64,000 bases of DNA. It comes from an uncultured Sphingomonadaceae bacterium (GTDB lineage Bacteria > Pseudomonadota > Alphaproteobacteria > Sphingomonadales > Sphingomonadaceae). The stretch covers positions 72,430 to 136,429 of the forward strand of contig CANMNF010000002.1 in the NCBI GenBank assembly GCA_947499255.1, read 5' to 3'. The position numbers and the translations under genes are program-made. This document shows, one piece after another, positions 28,958 through 37,985 of this stretch; within the stretch, counting starts at the first letter, position 1, and each line of letters starts with the position of its first letter. The notes beneath the pieces were generated by a model. That model worked only from the letters and a program-made list of their open reading frames with translations. It made no database searches and was not told the DNA's origin.

Positions 28958-29320
28958 GATCACGCAAAGGGGCGAAGGCGCGAAGAGGCCTTGCCGCCGC
29001 AGGCATTATTTTTGCTCTGCGCCCGATAACCATCGGCGAGGTTGCAATTTGAAAGCGGCTTCGTTGCAATCACCCTTCTCTTAGCGCCTTCGCGCCTTTG
29101 CGTGATCAAACCACTTGCGCCACCAGCCGCGCCCGATCTGCGGGCCAGCCACCACACGCGACCTCAAGGCTGGGTTTGTTCGCACAAAGACACAAAAATC
29201 AGCCTGCGCCGCCAGACGCGCTATCACTATCCCCAATCCGCCGACCATCGGCACAGCTTCAATTTGAGTCTGGCTTCGCCGCAATCCCCCTTCTCTTCGT
29301 GTCTTAGCGTCTTTGCGCGA
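28958..29320. repeat. cluster of three related repeat copies in the 431-bp crtI-LOG spacer
   Basis: A 31-bp arm at 28958..28988 (GATCACGCAAAGGGGCGAAGGCGCGAAGAGG) is the reverse complement (about 28/31) of 29073..29107. About 60-bp direct copies lie at 29045..29105 and 29260..29320 (CAATTTGA..GGCTTCG..GCAATC.CCCTTCTCTT..AGCG.CTTTGCG.GA). Confidence 0.8.
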
Positions 29321-29371
29321 AACTAATATCCCCACTTCCCCACCGGCGCGACATCTGCAAAGGCTAACCCC

Positions 29372-29965
29372 ATGCAACGCCCCATGAAAAAGCTGGCCAT
29401 CTATTGCGGCTCTGCCACTCCGCAAGACAAACGCTATATCGATATCGCCCGTGAAACCGGTAAAATGCTGGCGAGCCAAGGCATTGGCGTCGTTTATGGC
29501 GGCGGCAAAGTCGGCCTTATGGGCGCAGTGGCAGATGGTGCGCTTAGCAAAGGCGGCGAGGTTATTGGCGTTATCCCGACCGCCCTGATGGACCGCGAGC
29601 TGGCGCATCAAGGGCTCACCAATTTGCGCGTGGTAGACACCATGCACCAACGCAAAGCTGCCTTCACCGATTTGTCCGATGGCTTCATCACTTTGCCCGG
29701 CGGTGTAGGCACAATGGATGAGCTGTGGGAAGCGGTTAGCTGGGCGCAATTGGGCTATCACGCCAAGCCTGTCGGCCTGCTCAATGCGTTTGGCTATTAT
29801 GACGGCCTTTTGCAGTTCAACGCGCAAATGGCACAAACGGGCTTTGTTCGGGCGGCACATCGCGATATCATCATAGCAGCCAACACTCTTGAGGACCTGC
29901 TTGCCCGGATGAAAGATTTCACACCTACCCGCACCGTAATCCAGATGCGCGCTGAAGATCTATGA
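29372..29965 (+). CDS. LOG family protein (TIGR00730; cytokinin riboside 5'-monophosphate phosphoribohydrolase-like)
   Basis: LAIYCGS...GIGVVYGGGKVGLMG...PGGVGTMDELWE are LOG signature motifs. Confidence 0.88.
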   Translation: MQRPMKKLAIYCGSATPQDKRYIDIARETGKMLASQGIGVVYGGGKVGLMGAVADGALSKGGEVIGVIPTALMDRELAHQGLTNLRVVDTMHQRKAAFTDLSDGFITLPGGVGTMDELWEAVSWAQLGYHAKPVGLLNAFGYYDGLLQFNAQMAQTGFVRAAHRDIIIAANTLEDLLARMKDFTPTRTVIQMRAEDL

Positions 29966-29978
29966 ACGGTTCACGTTT

Positions 29979-31064
29979 TTGAGCCGGGTTAAACCGCGCC
30001 CGCTGGTCCCCGGCCTGTTTGTCCGTTCAACCCCGCGGCAGGTTGGCGGTGGGCGGCCACGCGCAGCTTTGGTGCGCCGCGCGCGCGAATTCATCCAGAA
30101 AGGCTCCAAAAGCTTCACAATTGCCAGCTACCTTTTTGACAAAGCGACACGCGAACGCGCACATCTGCTGTATGCCTGGTGCCGCAAATGTGATGATATT
30201 GCCGATGGGCAGGATCATGGCGGGGAGCTGGTTGACGATGGCAGCGATCCGGTTGATCGGATCGAAGGCATCCGCATCCTCACCACCCGCGCGCTGGACG
30301 GTCAGCCCACGGCGGATATTGCCTTTGATGCGCTGGGTCTTGTCGCTGCGGAAACAGGGATCAGCGCGCAGATGTGCGATGATGTGATCGATGGCTTTGC
30401 GCTGGATGCCAAAGGCTGGCGGCCGCGCACACGGGCCGATCTGATGCGCTATTGCTATCATGTTGCAGGCGCAGTTGGCGTGCAAATGGCGATGGTGATG
30501 GGCGTGCCGCGCGATGCCAAAGACATTCTTGACCGCGCATGTGATCTCGGCCTTGCTTTTCAGCTTAACAATATCGCGCGTGATATCTCGGAAGATGATG
30601 CAGCGGGGCGGTGTTATCTGCCTGAAGAGTGGCTGGTCGAATACGATATTCCCCCCGGCCAACATATGAAGCCGCAATATCGCACCAAGCTGGTCGCGAT
30701 GACCAAACGCTTGGTCGATACCGCCGAACAGCACGAAGCTGCCGCGCGCATTGGCGCAGGCAGTCTGCGGTTTCGCCAACGCTGGGCGATCCTTGCGGCG
30801 GCAAACATTTACGGCGCAATTGGCCGCGAAGTGCGCAGGCGCGGAGAGGCGGCATGGGACAGCCGTGTGTATACCAGCACCTGGGCCAAAATTGGCTTTG
30901 TCGCGCGTGCTTTTGTGCAAGCCATTATCGGTTCGCAAGAAGTGCACCGCATGCCGCATTGGACGCGCACAACCTTGCAAAATATGGCCCGCGCTGACCG
31001 GCCCGTTCCTACACCCAAGATGCAGCCGCTCCCCGATGAAGGCGTGCGGCGCAAAGGGCAGTGA
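29979..31064 (+). CDS. crtB: phytoene synthase CrtB
   Basis: SKSFTIASYLF...YAWCRKCDDIADG and YCYHVAGAVG...RDISEDDAAGRCYLP are the Asp-rich squalene/phytoene synthase motifs. Start uncertain (TTG at 29979, 13 bp after LOG). Confidence 0.9.
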   Translation: MSRVKPRPLVPGLFVRSTPRQVGGGRPRAALVRRAREFIQKGSKSFTIASYLFDKATRERAHLLYAWCRKCDDIADGQDHGGELVDDGSDPVDRIEGIRILTTRALDGQPTADIAFDALGLVAAETGISAQMCDDVIDGFALDAKGWRPRTRADLMRYCYHVAGAVGVQMAMVMGVPRDAKDILDRACDLGLAFQLNNIARDISEDDAAGRCYLPEEWLVEYDIPPGQHMKPQYRTKLVAMTKRLVDTAEQHEAAARIGAGSLRFRQRWAILAAANIYGAIGREVRRRGEAAWDSRVYTSTWAKIGFVARAFVQAIIGSQEVHRMPHWTRTTLQNMARADRPVPTPKMQPLPDEGVRRKGQ

Positions 31065-31161
31065 GATAAACTTACTCAGTTCCCCGCAGGCTGCACAAAT
31101 ACCATTATCAATATTACCGCCATTGCAGGTTTTGGGCGTGAATCGCGCCTTGGGTAAGCCA

Positions 31162-32649
31162 TTACTTTAAAGCCAAAGCGTCCATAAATTCGGCCAGCTC
31201 GCGCTGCTGACCCGCGCTTAAATGCAGGCCCAGCTTGGTGCGCCGCCACAAAACATCGTCCGCCGTGCGCGCCCATTCTTCTTCGCGCAGCCAGGTTAGC
31301 TCCGCTTCACTAAACCCGCAGCCAAAATCGCGGCCCAAAGCTTCGCGCGATGTCGCATCGCCCAGCCAGCGGCGCGCATCGGTGCCATATGCACGGCCAA
31401 TTCGCTCAGCATCAAAACCTGACAGGAAAGGATAATCGCGCACCAATCCAGCGATCAGCGCAGGCTGTCCATCAATCGCGAAATCACCACCGGGCAATGG
31501 TTTGTCCGCCGTCCATTGCGGGCCTGCCAGGCTATCGAGACGCCCGGCCAGCAAATCCACCGCTTCCTGCGCCAAATGGCGATAGCTGGTGATCTTGCCA
31601 CCATAAATGCCCAGCGATGGCGCACCTGCATCATCATCGCTCAACACCAGCTTATACCCGCGCGTTGCAGCTTCGGGACGCCCTTCGCCATCATCCACCA
31701 AAGCGCGCACCCCGGCATAGCTGTGCACCACCTGATCGCGCGACAAAGCCAGATCGAAATAGCTGTCAAAGGCGTTGAGCAGATACGTGATCTCCTCTTC
31801 ACTCGCTTCGGCTTCCACCGGATCGCCAGTGTGATCAGCATCAGTGGTGCCGATCAACGTCATCCCTTGCGCAAATGGCAGGACAAAGCAGATGCGCGTG
31901 TCCGGCAGTTGCAGGATATAGCCGTAATCATGGTCAAGCCGCCGCTTCACAACGATATGCGATCCGCGCACACGGCGAATGCCATAGGCCGGTTTTTCAC
32001 CCGCGATGCGCGCCAGATCATCGACCTTGGGGCCTGCTGCATTGACCAAAGCGCGCGCGTGATACTGGCCTTGCGGCGTTTCCAAAAGCCAATGCCCGTC
32101 ATCCCCCCGGCGCGCTTTGGTCAGCGGTTCGTGCAAGCGTATCTGCGCGCCATGATTGGCCGCATCGCGTGCATTGAGCACCACCAGCCGCGCATCATCT
32201 ACCCAGCAATCCGAATATTCAAACCCATGCTCCAGCCCGCCCAGCATATGCGCGCCTGCCGGATGATCGGTGAGCTTGATAGAGGAAGTTGCTGGCAACG
32301 CGCTGCGCCCGCCAATCGTATCGTACAAAAACAGCCCGGCGCGCAGCATCCAGCGTGGCCGCATACCTTTTACGATAGGTAAGACAAACCGCATCGGCCA
32401 CACGATATGCGGCGCAATGGACCACAGCTTTTCGCGCTCTGACAACGCTTCTCGCACCAAAGCGAATTCGTAATATTCCAGATAACGCAGGCCGCCATGC
32501 ACAAGCTTGGTGGATTTGCTGCTGGTGCCTGCGGCCAGATCATGCGCTTCGAGCAGCAGCACTTTCCCGCCGCGCCCGGCCGCATCGCGTGCAATCCCTG
32601 CGCCGTTTACGCCGCCACCAATGATCGCGACGTCGAACAGCTCGCTCAT
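31162..32649 (-). CDS. glpD: FAD-dependent glycerol-3-phosphate dehydrogenase
   Basis: MSELFDVAIIGGGVNGAGIARDAAGRG...SSKSTKLVHGGLRYLE. ATG overlaps the stop of the upstream MFS gene (ATGA). Confidence 0.92.
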   Translation of the reverse strand: MSELFDVAIIGGGVNGAGIARDAAGRGGKVLLLEAHDLAAGTSSKSTKLVHGGLRYLEYYEFALVREALSEREKLWSIAPHIVWPMRFVLPIVKGMRPRWMLRAGLFLYDTIGGRSALPATSSIKLTDHPAGAHMLGGLEHGFEYSDCWVDDARLVVLNARDAANHGAQIRLHEPLTKARRGDDGHWLLETPQGQYHARALVNAAGPKVDDLARIAGEKPAYGIRRVRGSHIVVKRRLDHDYGYILQLPDTRICFVLPFAQGMTLIGTTDADHTGDPVEAEASEEEITYLLNAFDSYFDLALSRDQVVHSYAGVRALVDDGEGRPEAATRGYKLVLSDDDAGAPSLGIYGGKITSYRHLAQEAVDLLAGRLDSLAGPQWTADKPLPGGDFAIDGQPALIAGLVRDYPFLSGFDAERIGRAYGTDARRWLGDATSREALGRDFGCGFSEAELTWLREEEWARTADDVLWRRTKLGLHLSAGQQRELAEFMDALALK

Positions 32650-33902
32650 GGAACGCAGCGCTCACGCGTGGGCACTTTGTTCAAGCGGCGGAACAGCTTG
32701 CCGTTTTCGCTATACAAAACCAGCATCAACGCGATCAGCGAACTGATCAGCAGCGCCCAAGCAAAAGGCTTGGCCGTGCCATCGTAAAACGAACCGATAA
32801 CCGCACCCACACTCGCTGCGCCAAACATCCGCACGAAAGTCTGAATACTCGATGCAGAGCCAGCGATATGGGAAAATGGCTGCATCGCGATAGAACCGAA
32901 ATTGGCGCCCAGAAAACCGAGCAGGCCAAGATTGATCCCCATCAATGGCATAAACCACCAGATATCGCCGGGATGCGCATAGGATGACCACACCTGTACA
33001 GCACTCGCCACGATAAACAGCAAAACGCCTGTATGCGACACGCGGCGCGCACCAAAGCGCGTGACAATTGCCGAATTGGTCAGGTTGGAAAAAACCATTA
33101 CCGCCGATGTGAGGCCAAACAATACAGGGAACGCCTCGCCCACTCCAAAGTGATCTTGATACAGTTGCTGCGCGCTGTTCACATATCCGAACACGCCGCC
33201 CATCAACAACGCGCCGCCAATGACATAACCTGCCGCTGACCGGTCACTCATTGCCACGCTCATATTGCGGGCGATGACCGGGATATTGACCAATTGCCGC
33301 TTTTCCGGGGCCAGTGTTTCAGGCAGGCGGGCATACACCCACACCGCCGTCAACGCGCCCATTGCCGCCAGAATGATAAAGATCATGCGCCAATTGCCAA
33401 CAAACAATATCGCTTGCCCAAGGCTTGGTGCGAGAACCGGCACAGTGATAAAAACCGCCCCGATCAAAGACATGAGCTGAGCCATGTCATCGCCTTCATA
33501 CAGATCGCGCACGATCGCGATGGGCGCCACTATCAAGCCAGCACCCAAAATGCCCGCCATAAAACGCGCCGCCAAAAGCAGCGTGAAATCCTGCAAAAAC
33601 GCCGTAGCAAGGGCGAATATGGTGTAAGCCAATAACGAAAACAGCACGATCCTGCGCCTGCCAAAACGATCCGCAAGGCTGCCTGGCACAAGACATCCAA
33701 TTCCCATGCCAATCGCATATATGGCGATCACAAATTGCCGGCTGTTCGCACCGGTCGCACCCAATTCTGACGCCATATCGTCAATCGCGGGCAACATGGC
33801 ATCGATGGCCAACGCATTGAGGCTCATCATCGTTGCAAGAAGCACGATGAGTTCGCGTCTGCCCAAAGACAGAGAATCGAGAGGACTTGCAATTGTTGCC
33901 AT
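32646..33902 (-). CDS. MFS transporter, Bcr/CflA drug-efflux-like subfamily
   Basis: ATG at 33902. 12 TM segments. MSLNALAIDAMLPAI and GSLADRFGRRR (motif A) are typical of Bcr/CflA. Confidence 0.85.
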   Translation of the reverse strand: MATIASPLDSLSLGRRELIVLLATMMSLNALAIDAMLPAIDDMASELGATGANSRQFVIAIYAIGMGIGCLVPGSLADRFGRRRIVLFSLLAYTIFALATAFLQDFTLLLAARFMAGILGAGLIVAPIAIVRDLYEGDDMAQLMSLIGAVFITVPVLAPSLGQAILFVGNWRMIFIILAAMGALTAVWVYARLPETLAPEKRQLVNIPVIARNMSVAMSDRSAAGYVIGGALLMGGVFGYVNSAQQLYQDHFGVGEAFPVLFGLTSAVMVFSNLTNSAIVTRFGARRVSHTGVLLFIVASAVQVWSSYAHPGDIWWFMPLMGINLGLLGFLGANFGSIAMQPFSHIAGSASSIQTFVRMFGAASVGAVIGSFYDGTAKPFAWALLISSLIALMLVLYSENGKLFRRLNKVPTRERCVP

Positions 33903-33966
33903 AGATGGCGCCCTTAGACCTCTCGCCGTGTTGCAGCAAATAGCCCAAAGGACCATTATCCAGCCT

Positions 33967-35115
33967 ATGGCGATTGATACAGATGATCATTTCCGGAGCG
34001 ATGGTGCGGCAGATGGACCTGACGCTGATCATGACAATAGCGGTCTGCGCAAAATTATCCATGTCGATATGGATGCTTTTTTCGCCAGCGTAGAGCAGCG
34101 CGATGATCCCAATTTGCGCGGTAAGCCGGTGGCTGTAGGCGGATCATCGGGGCGCGGCGTGGTGGCCGCGGCCAGTTATGAAGCGCGCAGGTTTGGCGTG
34201 AAATCGGCCATGCCCTCGGTCACCGCAAAGCGGCTTTGTCCAGATTTGATTTTCTGCAAAAGCCGGTTTGACGTTTATCGCGAAGTCAGCTCCCAAATCC
34301 GCGCGATATTCAACCACCATACGCCGTTGGTAGAGCCTTTAAGCCTGGACGAGGCGTTCCTTGATGTGACCGCCGATCAACACGGCATCGGTACTGCCAC
34401 ACGCATCGCGCAGCTTATTCGCAAATCCATTCGCGAACAAACACAGCTCACCGCCAGTGCCGGTGTGTCGTACAACAAATTCCTCGCCAAGCTGGCCAGC
34501 GATCAGAACAAGCCCGATGGCATTTGCGTGATCAGGCCGGGAGAAGGCGCGCAATTCGTGGCGCAATTGCCGGTGCGCCGGTTCCATGGAGTGGGGCCGC
34601 GCGGGGCGGAAAAGATGGCCAGGCTTGGCGTCGAAACCGGCGCTGATCTGGCAGCGAAGGATCGCCAATGGCTGGCGGCGAATTTCGGCAGCTTTGGCGA
34701 TTATCTGTTTCGGGCGGCACGCGGGATTGATCTGCGGCCCGTGCGCACCAATCGCATTCGCAAAAGCATTGGCGGTGAACGCACCTTTGGCGAAGATATT
34801 GGCAGCCCGCCGGCTTTGCGAGAGGCGTTGGAGCGGATCATCGATATCGTGTGGGATCGCATCGCGGGGAAAGAGGCGCGCGGCCGCACGGTCACTTTGA
34901 AGATGAAGTGTAACGATTTCCAACTCGTCACCCGCGCCAGATCTGGGTCCGCATGGGTTGAAAGCAAAACCGAGTTCGCGCGCATCGCCCGTGATATTCT
35001 GGAGGAGAGCTTGCCGCTCCCTCTGCCGATCCGTTTAATGGGCCTAACGCTCAGCAATCTGGAAGGGGCCGAGGCGAGCGAGGAGAAGGATACAGCGCAG
35101 CTATCCCTGCTCTAA
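33967..35115 (+). CDS. dinB: DNA polymerase IV
   Basis: ATG at 33967, leaving an unusual about 27-aa acidic N-terminal extension. IIHVDMDAFFASVEQRDDP...SLDEAFLDVT... are Y-family motifs. Confidence 0.92.
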   Translation: MAIDTDDHFRSDGAADGPDADHDNSGLRKIIHVDMDAFFASVEQRDDPNLRGKPVAVGGSSGRGVVAAASYEARRFGVKSAMPSVTAKRLCPDLIFCKSRFDVYREVSSQIRAIFNHHTPLVEPLSLDEAFLDVTADQHGIGTATRIAQLIRKSIREQTQLTASAGVSYNKFLAKLASDQNKPDGICVIRPGEGAQFVAQLPVRRFHGVGPRGAEKMARLGVETGADLAAKDRQWLAANFGSFGDYLFRAARGIDLRPVRTNRIRKSIGGERTFGEDIGSPPALREALERIIDIVWDRIAGKEARGRTVTLKMKCNDFQLVTRARSGSAWVESKTEFARIARDILEESLPLPLPIRLMGLTLSNLEGAEASEEKDTAQLSLL

Positions 35116-35565
35116 CAGCGCCAATCTTGGCGCGATGGTCGCGCTGCGGTTCTGCGGCAGAGCGTCGCGTGCGAACCAGCCAACTTGCGTGATTTCGCGC
35201 AGGTCGCACACCGGTTCTCCCGCAGCATTGCCAACAACAACATGGATGATATTGGTCGCGCCATGCAGCTTTTCCACGCGGTGCCCCACAAGGCGCGCAT
35301 CGGACAAGGCTAGCCCTGCTTCCTCAGAAAATTCGCGCTTTGCAGCGATAACAGGGTCCTCCCCATCCGCCATCCCGCCACCGGGCAATTGCCAGTTTTG
35401 CGAACCATAGCTGAGCCGTACGAGCAGAACCTGGCCTTCGGGATTATGCGCGATCACGCACACGCCGTGCATCATGGGCCGGTGCCATCGCCACCATAAT
35501 TTGCGCGCACTATGCGCCGCGCGGTAGCCCGCACGGTGCAAACTACGCGGGATTATGTGAAGCAT
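35101..35565 (-). CDS. NUDIX hydrolase
   Basis: Nudix box GGGMADGEDPVIAAKREFSEEAGL. Start overlaps the pgl 3' end by 13 bp. 3' end overlaps the dinB 3' end by 15 bp. Confidence 0.85.
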   Translation of the reverse strand: MLHIIPRSLHRAGYRAAHSARKLWWRWHRPMMHGVCVIAHNPEGQVLLVRLSYGSQNWQLPGGGMADGEDPVIAAKREFSEEAGLALSDARLVGHRVEKLHGATNIIHVVVGNAAGEPVCDLREITQVGWFARDALPQNRSATIAPRLALLEQG

Positions 35566-36179
35566 GTCACCGATTGCTGCGCTGCGCCCAAAAGCCGCGC
35601 AATGGGCAGATCATGCTCGCCAGCTATCGCGCTATCGAACACACCGCGCTTATCCTCGCCTTTGATCACAAACATCAGCGCATCGGATTGCAGCAGCGCC
35701 GGGATGGTCAAAGTGATGCGATCAAAAGGCGCTTCGGGCGGGAGAGGGTCAGGCGTTAAGCGGCGCAGGCTTTGTGGATCATCCACTTGCGGATCGGTAT
35801 TGGGGAAAAGCGAGGCGATATGGCCATCTGCTCCCATCCCCAGCCACACCAGCGCGAAATGCGGCGGATGTGCGCCCTCTTCCAAAGCCACAATGCGCGC
35901 GCCAACAGGTTCCAGCAGCGCACGGATTTTGCCGGTATTGCTGGCCGCGTGATCTTCGGGAACAATCCTGTCATCGCCGGGCCACACCGCAATGCGGGAC
36001 CAATCCACATCCGCCTCTTTGGCGATTTCCAGAATGGGGAACGGGGTTGATCCGCCCGGCACGCTGATGGCGATGTCGCCTTCTTGCGCGGCCAGAGCGT
36101 GTGTCAGCCGCGCGATCAACGCATCGGCAATCGCCTGTGTTGGGGCGTTTTCAACGAGTGTCAGATTGTCCATAATCAC
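35553..36179 (-). CDS. pgl: 6-phosphogluconolactonase
   Basis: ISVPGGSTP...VWPGDDRIVPEDH...LGMGADGHIASLFP. Start is GTG at 36179 or ATG at 36173. Confidence 0.85.
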   Translation of the reverse strand: MIMDNLTLVENAPTQAIADALIARLTHALAAQEGDIAISVPGGSTPFPILEIAKEADVDWSRIAVWPGDDRIVPEDHAASNTGKIRALLEPVGARIVALEEGAHPPHFALVWLGMGADGHIASLFPNTDPQVDDPQSLRRLTPDPLPPEAPFDRITLTIPALLQSDALMFVIKGEDKRGVFDSAIAGEHDLPIARLLGAAQQSVTCFT

Positions 36180-36192
36180 AGCACCTAAAACA

Positions 36193-36240
36193 CAATCAGC
36201 CGCAAGGCGATCCCTTTGGACGCGCCGTACGGCTGATTTG
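36193..36240 (-). terminator. hairpin terminator downstream of dps
   Basis: Minus strand: CAATCAGCCG-(loop)-CGGCTGATTG followed by TGTTTT. Confidence 0.5.
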
Positions 36241-36253
36241 CGATGCTAAATAA

Positions 36254-36715
36254 TCAAGCCAATGTGGATTTCAGGAACCACACACGCTGCTCGGCCATAT
36301 CGGTCCAATCATCGAGCATACCGTCTGTGGCATTGTCGCCTGCTTCATCGGCCAACGCTTTTAAATCCTTCAGACTGGCGACCATTTTCGCGTTATCATC
36401 CGCCAGTTCCTGCACCATCGCTTCGGCAGAAAGATCGGTGCTGTCCTGATCGGCGATCTGCGTGGCTTTGGCGACGGAACCGATAGAGGTCAGCGTGGTC
36501 GCATCGTTTTTGCGCACACGTTCTGCAATCAGATCGATCTGGCCCTGAATTTCCGCAGCATGTTCATCGAACAGCAAATGCAAATCGCGAAACCGCGGGC
36601 CTTTCACATGCCAATGAAAATGTTTGGTTTTAAAATAGAGCGCCATATGATCCGCCAACAAAGCGTTGAGCCCATCAATCAATGCGGTTTTTGAGTTGTC
36701 CCCGGAGGTAGCCAT
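36254..36715 (-). CDS. dps: Dps family DNA starvation/stationary-phase protection protein
   Basis: LYFKTKHFHWHVKGPRFRDLHLLFDEH is the ferroxidase-site signature. Confidence 0.93.
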   Translation of the reverse strand: MATSGDNSKTALIDGLNALLADHMALYFKTKHFHWHVKGPRFRDLHLLFDEHAAEIQGQIDLIAERVRKNDATTLTSIGSVAKATQIADQDSTDLSAEAMVQELADDNAKMVASLKDLKALADEAGDNATDGMLDDWTDMAEQRVWFLKSTLA

Positions 36716-36746
36716 GAAAAATTCCTTTCAATTTCTTTGCCTGAAT

Positions 36747-36771
36747 AACGGGCGAGCTGGCTTTGCGTTTC
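36747..36771 (-). promoter_or_regulatory. candidate EcfG-type (general stress) promoter for dps
   Basis: Minus strand GAAAC-N16-CGTT (consensus GGAAC-N16/17-CGTT) about 32 nt upstream of the dps ATG. One mismatch in the -35. Confidence 0.3.
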
Positions 36772-36807
36772 GTCAAACATATTGACCCTGGTAATCGAAT
36801 AAATCGA

Positions 36808-37371
36808 TCAAGCAAACGGAACAAAGATCGCAACGCCGATCACTATTGCGCCCATAAGCAGGGCCATGCCGATAATCCACCGCATTACAGCTTGCGGCCA
36901 ATTGCGCTCCCACGCAGCGCCAGCGATTGCAGGCACCGCCAAAGCCACCGCCGCGCCCACCGCGCCGCCAACACCCGCCAAAATCGGCTCTCCCGTGACC
37001 AAAGTGATCGCAATTACCAGTAGCCCGGCGGCTCCGGTGATCAATGCTCCGCCCAACACCAAAGCTGTAGCTCCCACCGATAGTGTCGGTTCCGCAGGCG
37101 CTTTAGAGGCGCGCAGGAACAACACTTCGCAACCTGCCAATGCCAGCGCAATGGCGGTGATCAGCAATTTGCCTTTGGAATTGAGGATCGGGGCAATCTG
37201 TTCGCCAATCACGGCGGCAAGCGCGGCACAGATTACCGCTGCAATCCCGGCCGCCACGATCAGCCCGCTAGGCGATACCCCCGCGCCTGCCAGCCGCGCC
37301 ATGCGCACTGCCTCACGCCCCGCCACAACGGCCAGCAAAACCGATAGAAATGTGAGGAAAAACGCGGGCAT
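36808..37371 (-). CDS. integral membrane protein, unknown family
   Basis: ATG at 37371, 1 nt after the ruvC stop. About 6 Ala/Gly-rich hydrophobic helices. No confident family. Confidence 0.6.
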   Translation of the reverse strand: MPAFFLTFLSVLLAVVAGREAVRMARLAGAGVSPSGLIVAAGIAAVICAALAAVIGEQIAPILNSKGKLLITAIALALAGCEVLFLRASKAPAEPTLSVGATALVLGGALITGAAGLLVIAITLVTGEPILAGVGGAVGAAVALAVPAIAGAAWERNWPQAVMRWIIGMALLMGAIVIGVAIFVPFA

Positions 37372-37372
37372 A

Positions 37373-37837
37373 TCAGCCGCTATGTGCATCCGCGATGGCG
37401 ACCGCCAATGCATCGGCAGCATCCGCGCCAGCAATCGTCGCGCCGGGCAGCAATATTTTGAGCATCGCTTGCACTTGGTGCTTATCCGCGCCGCCTGTGC
37501 CCACCACCGCTTTCTTCACTCCGCGTGCGGAATGTTCGCGCACGTCCAGCCCGGCAATCCCGCACGCCGCGATCACAACGCCGCGCGCCTGGGCCAGCTT
37601 CAAAGTGGATTGCGGGTTCTTGTTGACGAACACTTCTTCGCACGCTGCACGATCAGGGCCATGCTCGACAATCACTTCGGCCAGCGCGGTTTGCAGATGG
37701 GCCAGCCGCTGCGCGATGGGCGCTTTGGGCTTGGTGGGGATGTGGCCGTTGGCGATATGGCTGATGCGCGATCCTTGAACACGGATGACACCCCAGCCAG
37801 TGCAGGATAAGGATGGATCAAGGCCCAAAATCAACAT
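37373..37837 (-). CDS. ruvC: crossover junction endodeoxyribonuclease RuvC
   Basis: MLILGLDPSLSCTGWGVI... plus the C-terminal DAADALAVAI motif. Confidence 0.93.
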   Translation of the reverse strand: MLILGLDPSLSCTGWGVIRVQGSRISHIANGHIPTKPKAPIAQRLAHLQTALAEVIVEHGPDRAACEEVFVNKNPQSTLKLAQARGVVIAACGIAGLDVREHSARGVKKAVVGTGGADKHQVQAMLKILLPGATIAGADAADALAVAIADAHSG

Positions 37838-37878
37838 GAGCAGATCAACATGCCAGCATCAACATACCTGCATCGCCT

Positions 37879-37977
37879 TTATCCCAGCCCTACCAACCAG
37901 CCCAAACGCCATGCAATCGCGATGAGAAAAGTCAGCCCGGTGCCGATTACAAAGAGGATTTCAAGCTTCTGCTTCAC
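37879..37977 (-). CDS. very small single-TM ORF candidate (32-36 aa) between yebC-like gene and ruvC
   Basis: GTG at 37977, or TTG at 37989 overlapping the yebC-like stop. KQKLEILFVIGTGLTFLIAIAWRLGWLVGLG. Below the ORF-track cut-off. Confidence 0.3.
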   Translation of the reverse strand: MKQKLEILFVIGTGLTFLIAIAWRLGWLVGLG

Positions 37978-37985
37978 CCCAAAGC

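Noticed and set aside
28008-29069. 353-aa minus-strand ORF overlapping the crtI 3' half and the repeat spacer
   Set aside because: It is antisense to crtI, and its extension into the spacer is produced by the repeat sequence. No recognisable family.
30027-30980. 317-aa minus-strand ORF
   Set aside because: It is antisense to crtB. Shadow ORF.
33903-33966. Expected alphaproteobacterial LexA box (GTTC-N7-GTTC) upstream of dinB
   Set aside because: No such direct repeat is visible in the 64-bp MFS/dinB intergenic region or just inside the flanking coding sequence, so no SOS box is claimed.
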